A DNA stretch of 64,000 nucleotides from Glaucostegus cemiculus (taxonomy: Eukaryota), in the NCBI GenBank assembly GCA_976551045.1, contig CDPCPM010000073.1, positions 10,664,001-10,728,000 of the forward strand. Reading direction: 5' to 3'. Below, in pieces: positions 60,601 to 64,000 of the stretch. Under the pieces are notes generated by a model. That model searched no databases. It saw only the letters and a program-made list of their open reading frames with translations, and was not told the origin of the DNA. Each line of letters opens with the position of its first letter. The stretch's first letter is position 1. Position numbers and translations under genes: made by a program.

Positions 60601-62188
60601 GGCACAAAATGGAAAAAGGTCATAGAAAATGCACCCTCTAGTGATGTTACACATTCATGGCAAATGCAGGACAAAGCTTCCAACTGCACCTGTCGCAGAC
60701 CTTGAACTGCAATATAAAAGCCACAGTCTCTTACGAAACAGACACTGTGCATGAAGTTGATCAAGGGTTCAAGGAAACGAAACTATCATTAAAGAAGTTG
60801 CTATTGCTTGATGTTCACCAAATCACCAAAAACACATGTGTCAAATAACCACATTGTCAGATCTACAGGAACTGATATGAATATCAGAGCTATCCAAGGG
60901 ATTACTAATGGTGTTGGTTTTGCTGATTATATATTGTGCCAATCATTTGCATGTGGTTGTCAATGACCACAATCAGTTCCTTGTTGTAGAAAAGGTCAGT
61001 TCTACTTCTGTGAATGTCACCATACCAAAGCTTGGATATATCCGTGCTGCTTGGTGCACTGCAAACTGTGAAGATGGATAATGGATCATTGTTCAACACA
61101 GCAAGTTCACAAACTACCTGGGTTTCATATATAACAAGATCACAACTGGCTGGCCACAAGCCAATGGTGAAGCAGAAAGATATGTGCAAATGCTATAGAA
61201 AGTCATCAATACTGCTCATGCCAAAGGGAAGCAAGAACTTTATTGGTTACAAAGCAACGCGACGAACAGCAATGGGAACACCACCAGCCACACTTGTTTT
61301 GTGCTATCCATGCATGCATGTCTTCCAGAGATTACCCATGAGGCTGATGATCAACACCTAGGTCAGCATGTACACAACAGCATGAAAGAGATAATCTCAA
61401 GATTGAAGAAGAAATTGAAAAGCCTCAGTTGATGCTAGAACCAACACCCTCCCATCCAGAATTCACGAAGTGACTTCCATCCAGCAAATGGAAACCTTCA
61501 TATCTGAAAGCGACAGAAGGACTAAGATCAAAATGGTTGTTTTAACTATCATGGGGACGATATCTGACAGATGTAGTGTTATTATTGTTCTATATCACTA
61601 CATCTTTTAAGAATACTACATGTATTTCCTCTTTCAGACCTTGTACAGTTCTGAGCATTTCCTTTATCTTGGGAGCATTAACAAAGAAAGCCACTACTTT
61701 TTCTGAAGTATGTCTTTCCTAACTTAACGTATGCAGAACTCCTCACCATTCTCCAGGTGTGCTCTAACCAGTCAGATCTACCAGAGCTCACTGCTCCAAG
61801 TACGTACTCTGAAAATGGGGGCTGGATCCAGAAATGTATAGTCTAGACAGAAGAACAGACGGTAAATCATGGGAGCTAGTCACTCTGTCTGAAGTGTTCC
61901 ACCATTAACCCCACATCACATCCACCCCTGGAGAGCAAAGTCCTAGCATTAGGACACTGATAACTTATTGCAGTTTACACTGAGGCAAATGGCATAATCC
62001 CTCCTTAAAGGTTATTTCAACTGTTGTTTGATGTGCCATACCTTTCACTTTGGTTTGTTGCAGGAAGAGTCACTGAGTGATAGTTTTGTCCTTTTCATCG
62101 ACTACTGCTGGATGTTGCTACAGAGGATGAGGCAGGTCTTTCCTTTCAACACTCCAAAGGCACTGAAGCAGCTAGAACTGATGCTGAG
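21068..62188 (+). CDS. BAIAP3: BAI1-associated protein 3-like (Munc13-4/BAIAP3 family), 5' partial: join(21068..21147,32079..32169,32936..33013,33335..33442,34666..34725,38896..38962,40219..40432,44417..44461,50353..50430,55351..55453,55997..56104,56686..56778,57345..57448,58319..58436,62064..62188); continues beyond window
   Basis: All introns are GT..AG and phases join without stops (1472 nt). The translation has family motifs [119 protein letters not shown] and QEQEESLSDSF, which match remembered BAIAP3 better than UNC13D. Ortholog versus paralog is unresolved. Confidence 0.88.
22020..22244. repeat. Degenerate ~11-bp CACCTGTACT-type tandem repeat
   Basis: Recurrent cacct/tacct units. Confidence 0.6.
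22245..22584 (+). mobile_element. Penelope-derived fold-back element with degenerate hammerhead core and 15-bp TSD
   Basis: Partly inverted ends; GTT-CTGATGG-AGGTCTTCAACCT-GAAACATT-AAC at ~22497-22530. TSD TTTACTCTA(T/C)ATCCA at 22230-22244 and 22585-22599. Confidence 0.65.
22604..22870 (-). mobile_element. Degenerate V-SINE (HE1-like)
   Basis: Contains acaggcccttcggccc tail, gtctttgggatgtgggaggaaacc and gagaatgtgcaaactccacacagac. Confidence 0.75.
24651..24715. repeat. Compound microsatellite (CA)n(CACG)n(CA)n
   Basis: Directly visible. Confidence 0.95.
24780..27390 (+). mobile_element. Old CR1-like LINE (pieces ~24780-25540 and ~27215-27390) split by a nested minus-strand CR1
   Basis: RT remnants KDKAEVF..FFSQK and YHPINPLPVLSKVMENV; the 3' segment resumes after 27214. 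Confidence 0.6.
25541..27214 (-). mobile_element. Degenerate CR1 LINE
   Basis: ORFs 26455-26727 (LYLDLEKEFDKVPH...SGVPQGSV) and 26218-26403 (AKFAYDKKL). Confidence 0.88.
28452..32010 (-). mobile_element. Mosaic of CR1 LINEs (younger copy ~29777-31650 inside an older one)
   Basis: ORFs 30252-30440 ([17 protein letters not shown]) and 30921-31166 (IPEDRRMANVVPLFMKG); tails at ~28452 and ~29777. Confidence 0.8.
32079..32169 (+). CDS. BAIAP3: BAIAP3-like exon (ADDGDEDDFFATLTAIEQKQEIMKRSDYTL)
   Basis: acag|G acceptor and CTG|gtaagg donor; open frame, phase-consistent with the next exon. Confidence 0.8.
32440..32860. repeat. Degenerate ~21-bp tandem repeat (TGTGGTCAGTRCCCATCAGTGC-like)
   Basis: Recurrent gtggtcagt/cccat/cagtgc units between two exons. 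Confidence 0.75.
32936..33013 (+). CDS. BAIAP3: BAIAP3-like exon (PPEDSSDLLPPQASGHSEKLKISHKE)
   Basis: Polypyrimidine tract + cacag| acceptor and GAG|gtaatg donor; 78 nt, phase 0-0. Confidence 0.78.
33335..33442 (+). CDS. BAIAP3: BAIAP3-like exon ([36 protein letters not shown])
   Basis: gcag| acceptor and AAG|gtaacc donor; LYExxLYT family motif. Confidence 0.92.
33604..33642. repeat. (GA)n microsatellite at the tail of a SINE
   Basis: Directly visible. Confidence 0.95.
33643..33838 (-). mobile_element. 5'-truncated SINE, same family as 20100-20405
   Basis: Its reverse complement matches the V-domain and tail of the 20100 copy. Confidence 0.85.
33874..34095 (+). mobile_element. Penelope-derived fold-back mini-element with hammerhead-like core and 14-bp TSD
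   Basis: Inverted arms ~33876-33961 and ~33972-34057; perfect TSD GAGATAAACTGAGT at 33860-33873 and 34096-34109. Confidence 0.78.
34666..34725 (+). CDS. BAIAP3: BAIAP3-like exon (VFKLDMYDHEAMMCRVKEAK)
   Basis: tttgcag| acceptor and AAG|gtaaaa donor; matches the VF..H...RV..AK pattern. Confidence 0.9.
35230..37130 (+). mobile_element. Young 5'-truncated CR1 LINE with near-intact reverse transcriptase (ORF 35575-37041)
   Basis: Motifs NYRPVSLT, YMDFSKAFDKVPH, GVPQGSVLGP, FADDTK. One frameshift at ~35565, (CTATGTT)n tail, many CpGs retained. Confidence 0.96.
37484..37676 (-). mobile_element. CR1 3' end, same subfamily as 48470-49200
   Basis: Shares the diagnostic attaaactagtaattaaat 3' UTR segment. 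Confidence 0.85.
38455..38582 (+). mobile_element. Rex1/Babar-type 3' tail
   Basis: Reverse complement of 1620-1708 + 2266-2280. Confidence 0.8.
38896..38962 (+). CDS. BAIAP3: BAIAP3-like exon, C2A start ([23 protein letters not shown])
   Basis: cacag| acceptor and G|gtgcgt donor; C2 strand 1 and first Ca2+ loop. Confidence 0.93.
39160..39525 (+). mobile_element. Rex1/Babar-type LINE 3' fragment
   Basis: CLKKAASIIK.PHH.GH...LLPSGRRY.SL remnant; AATAAAC(CTGATT)n tail. Confidence 0.8.
40219..40432 (+). CDS. BAIAP3: BAIAP3-like exon, C2A ([10 protein letters not shown]...[15 protein letters not shown])
   Basis: ctgcag| acceptor and TT|gtgagt donor; SDPY and TLNPVWNE C2 motifs. Confidence 0.95.
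40545..40680 (+). mobile_element. Degenerate tRNA-headed DeuSINE (SacSINE1-like) 5' part
   Basis: gtggctcagttagtag A box, then ...ggctggcactcctgcacagta...ctgcactgttggagg, resembling the remembered DeuSINE consensus. Confidence 0.6.
40660..40965. repeat. 33-bp minisatellite (GTACTGAGGGAGTGCTGCACTGTCAGAGGGGCA), ~9 copies
   Basis: Directly visible; gives 11-aa periodic ORFs. Confidence 0.92.
41082..41150. repeat. Perfect 33-bp tandem duplication (CATTGGGTGAATAGGGCTTGGTGGGAGCTCAGA x2)
   Basis: Directly visible. Confidence 0.9.
42085..42352 (-). mobile_element. Degenerate V-SINE
   Basis: Contains gaaacccacgtggacacagaaagaacatgcaaattccacacag and a CR1-type tail. Confidence 0.7.
42356..44090 (-). 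mobile_element. Tx1-like (L1 clade) LINE 3' part with internal duplication
   Basis: Remnants HKDLAWLVVRGALPVRDFL, ECGFAKRVW, CWKVINSVKDALW, YLKVLG; AATAAA and T-rich end at ~42356-42385. Confidence 0.82.
44417..44461 (+). CDS. BAIAP3: BAIAP3-like exon, C2A ([15 protein letters not shown])
   Basis: ttccag| acceptor and TG|gtgagt donor; 45 nt. Confidence 0.93.
44470..44910. repeat. ~440-nt polypyrimidine (CT-rich) low-complexity tract
   Basis: Directly visible immediately after the donor at 44462. Confidence 0.85.
45445..46530 (-). mobile_element. Degenerate CR1 LINE
   Basis: ORF 45735-46061 (GMLAFISRGL...YKDLV) and a CR1 tail. Confidence 0.7.
46815..47228. repeat. ~37-bp minisatellite (GGGGTCTCTGTCTCCCCCACACTGACCCTAAACCCAT), ~11 copies
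   Basis: Directly visible. Confidence 0.88.
48470..49200 (-). mobile_element. CR1 3' fragment nested in an older CR1 relic (~47770-50270)
   Basis: ORF 48780-49151 ([34 protein letters not shown]). Confidence 0.9.
50353..50430 (+). CDS. BAIAP3: BAIAP3-like exon, C2A ([26 protein letters not shown])
   Basis: ccgtag| acceptor and AG|gtaagt donor. Confidence 0.95.
53180..54352 (+). mobile_element. Degenerate CR1 LINE
   Basis: ORFs 53744-53938 (LYLDFVKAFDKV) and 54069-54371 (SKFTNNTKLGG); ttcttatgttcctatgttc tail. Confidence 0.85.
55351..55453 (+). CDS. BAIAP3: BAIAP3-like exon, C2A ([34 protein letters not shown])
   Basis: atgtag| acceptor and AGT|gtgagt donor; DDFLG motif. Confidence 0.95.
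55838..55942 (+). mobile_element. Collapsed fold-back element related to 33874-34095
   Basis: aatctgctggaagaa...ttcttccagcagatt inverted repeat followed by ccagattccagcatctgca...tgtgtctc. Confidence 0.65.
55997..56104 (+). CDS. BAIAP3: BAIAP3-like exon, C2A end ([36 protein letters not shown])
   Basis: tatcag| acceptor and CAG|gtactg donor. Confidence 0.95.
56390..56600. repeat. Degenerate ~42-bp tandem repeat, ~5 copies
   Basis: Recurrent tcagca..ttcagga.agaa.ggga.c..tacc units. Confidence 0.6.
56686..56778 (+). CDS. BAIAP3: BAIAP3-like exon (RDTELCKMMGPVMIHELLLRQLLTTEIPKLK)
   Basis: ttgcag| acceptor and AAG|gtacgt donor; RDT...H.LLL..LL..E pattern. Confidence 0.9.
57345..57448 (+). CDS. 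BAIAP3: BAIAP3-like exon (NDWSSFRGGVSKHAATILSQHAMQVDLSPQQKAS-V)
   Basis: ccacag| acceptor and GT|gtgagt donor; AATIL..H..Q..LSP motif. Confidence 0.92.
57600..58130 (+). mobile_element. Rex1/Babar-type LINE 3' fragment
   Basis: ORF 57630-57854 (ITGTSLPT..SIY..HCLKKVASIIKDPH...PLPSGTRYRSL); AATAAAC(TCGACT/TGACT) tail. Confidence 0.85.
58319..58436 (+). CDS. BAIAP3: BAIAP3-like exon (EWLAYSKHHQLQSVDYGFLHQLLEDLDQKLDLNFLTQEQ)
   Basis: ctgcag| acceptor and CAG|gtaagg donor. Confidence 0.92.
59350..61620 (+). mobile_element. Degenerate Gypsy/Ty3-like LTR retrotransposon relic (gag, protease, integrase; RT not recognisable)
   Basis: gag N-terminus (PFDAHLEP...GITD...GEELLDIYDTL, ~59390-59578); zinc knuckle PALGKQYKSCGKFNHFARVC (60010-60069); protease LVDSGAPVNVMS (~60232); integrase VKMDNGSLFN (~61068) and WPQANGEAERYV (~61151). 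Confidence 0.85.
62064..62188 (+). CDS. BAIAP3: BAIAP3-like exon (EESLSDSFVLFIDYCWMLLQRMRQVFPFNTPKALKQLELML-R)
   Basis: ttgcag| acceptor and AG|gtaatg donor. Confidence 0.92.
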
Positions 62189-62194
62189 GTAATG

Positions 62195-63370
62195 CAGTCT
62201 GAGTTGTGCCAGACCAAGCTGAGCCAGATTAAGCTGGGGAAGTCAAACTAGGTCAGACTAAGCAGACCAAATCAGACTACACTGATCTAAACCGGGAAGT
62301 ATGTTACCGGGACTGGTGGGCTTGAGTTATAAGGAGAGGCTGGATAGGCTGTGATTTAAGGTGAGAAAGGAAAGATTTAAAAGGGACCTCGGGGAAACTT
62401 TTTCATGGAACAAGCGGCTTTTTTCCCCTGGAGTGAAGGAGAATGAGGGGTGAGCTTATAGAGATATATAAAATCATGAGGGGCATAGATAAGGTGAATG
62501 GTCACAGTATTTTTCCTAGGGTAGAGGAGTCTAAAATTAGAGGACATAGAATTAAGGTGAAGATGGGAAAGATTTAAAAGGGACTTGAGGGGCAACCTTT
62601 TCACACAGTGTGTGATGGGTATATGGAATGAAGTGGTAGAGGCAGAAACAATTACAATGTTTAAGAGACATTTAGACAGGTACAGGGATTGAAAAAGTTT
62701 AGAGGGATATGGGCTAAACACTGGCAAATGGGATGAGCTCAGGTAGATAACTTGGTCAGCATGGATGAGTTGGGCCAAATGATCTGTTTCTGTGCTGTAT
62801 GACTAGACCATGCAGTGGTAAACTGAGCTAAGCTATACTAGACCAGGTGGATCTACTGTGCCAAATCTAGTCAGGCCAGGTCTGACAAAACCATGACAGA
62901 CCAGGCTATACCTGAGCAAACCAAGGTGGAACAAGATGAGCAGGTTGGGGCACACTGAGATGGAACAGGCCAGATTAAGATAACTGGACCTCTCAGTTCT
63001 GCTATGCATTCCAGTATTTGTCAGTGTGCATCACACGTGAACAAGCGATAAATTGCCTCATCTACATCCCCACCCCTGCAACAATGGTACCTATCATTAG
63101 AGATCATTTCCAAAGTAGCAGACACGCAAAGGAGGCAGGTGACTCCTGGACAGCGGAAAAGGCAGATCTTTATCTCCAGTGTCTGATGGCAATGAAGTGG
63201 CCAGAACTAATGCAGGCTGAACCAAGCCAAGCCGAGCTGTAAGAAGCCAAGGCGTTCCAGGCCAGACCATGATTGCAGAAGCACGCCAAACTAGGCCAGA
63301 GGAAACTGGGCCAGTGCGTGCAGGCGCATTCCTTGATCAAGGATAGCTCCCCAAGCCAGCCCATCTAACA
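62195..63370. repeat. Degenerate 5/10-bp (CCAGA/CCAAG) repeat, interrupted by a CR1
   Basis: agacc/agcca units at 62195-62290, 62805-62990 and 63200-63370. Confidence 0.55.
62300..62805 (+). mobile_element. CR1 3' fragment
   Basis: MLPGLVGLSYKERLDRL...RMRGELIEIYKIMRGIDKV; tail ctgtatgact. Confidence 0.88.
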
Positions 63371-63639
63371 CCCACAAAGTTCACCTTTTGTCCCTTCACT
63401 GAATAGTAATCAGCAGTGGCAGCCATGCCTAGTGCATTATCACGACCATCAACCCTTCAGTGATCAGCTCAGCCATACAGACTGATGATCAGACCTGCGG
63501 TCTTCTTGGTTCATGTATCCCAGCAAGTTAGTAACTGTAGTGAGGGAACTGGGACCACTGCAATGGAGAGAACACTGCTTAACAAAGAACTAAAGTCTCT
63601 TTCTCACTCACTGCTTCTCTCTCTATCCCCATAATAGGA

Positions 63640-63970
63640 AGGACCTATTTCCTGTAGCTAAGGAAACAAAAACTGGAGGGGTGGGGGGAGGGGGGTGTAG
63701 ATTTAAATTGGTAATTGGCAGAAGAATTAAAGGGGAGGTGAGGAAATATTTTATACCTTGAGGGCGGCAGGGGTCTGAAACCCACTACTTAAAAGGGTGG
63801 TGGAGGCAGAGGCCCTCAGCACTGTTGAACAGTACTTGTACACAAAGAGCCATCTGAAGGTCCATCAATCCAGGGCTGAAGATAGGATTCGTGGGGAAAG
63901 CCCTTTTTTGACCAGCATGGACATGATGGGCTGAATTGCCTTCTCCTGTGTTGTAAATGTTCTGATTCAA
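63640..63970 (+). mobile_element. CR1 3' fragment
   Basis: DLFPVA remnant and a CR1 3' UTR (gatgggctgaattgccttctcctgtgttgtaa). Confidence 0.75.
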
Positions 63971-64000
63971 TACCCTCCATCACTTTCCTTGTCTTTTTCT

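Noticed and set aside
63015-63242. Next BAIAP3 exon
   Set aside because: The phase-2 frame after ccag| hits TAA after 11 codons and the listed ORF has no family similarity. The next exon is probably just past the window, which ends in a polypyrimidine tract.
11100-64000. Antisense orientation bias of intronic LINEs
   Set aside because: Both orientations are well represented; too few elements to claim a bias.

Overview
Eukaryotic (vertebrate) genomic DNA. The repeat repertoire (abundant CR1 LINEs, HE1/V-type and Deu-type SINEs, Penelope-derived hairpins) points to a cartilaginous fish, probably a batoid (inference). The window holds the 5' part of one multi-exon gene on the + strand, a BAIAP3-like member of the Munc13-4/BAIAP3 family. 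I reconstructed 15 GT-AG, phase-consistent coding exons by hand (21068-62188, 1472 nt, about 490 aa, covering the N-terminus, the C2A domain and the following helical region), plus a candidate first exon at about 11078-11131 in a CpG-rich region. The gene runs off the right end. Nearly all ORFs in the supplied track are fragments of transposons or tandem repeats. Introns and upstream DNA are filled with CR1, Rex1/Babar, L1 and Tx1 LINE fragments (often nested), SINEs, a Gypsy-like LTR relic and many locally born minisatellites. Most notable: small TSD-flanked fold-back elements carrying degenerate minimal hammerhead-ribozyme cores; an apparently eroded ancestral start codon with a uORF/alternative N-terminus switch; a mixed BAIAP3/UNC13D signature that may indicate a divergent paralog; and a 33-bp minisatellite grown out of a DeuSINE. 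TE boundaries are approximate, and homology calls come from remembered family motifs, not database searches.
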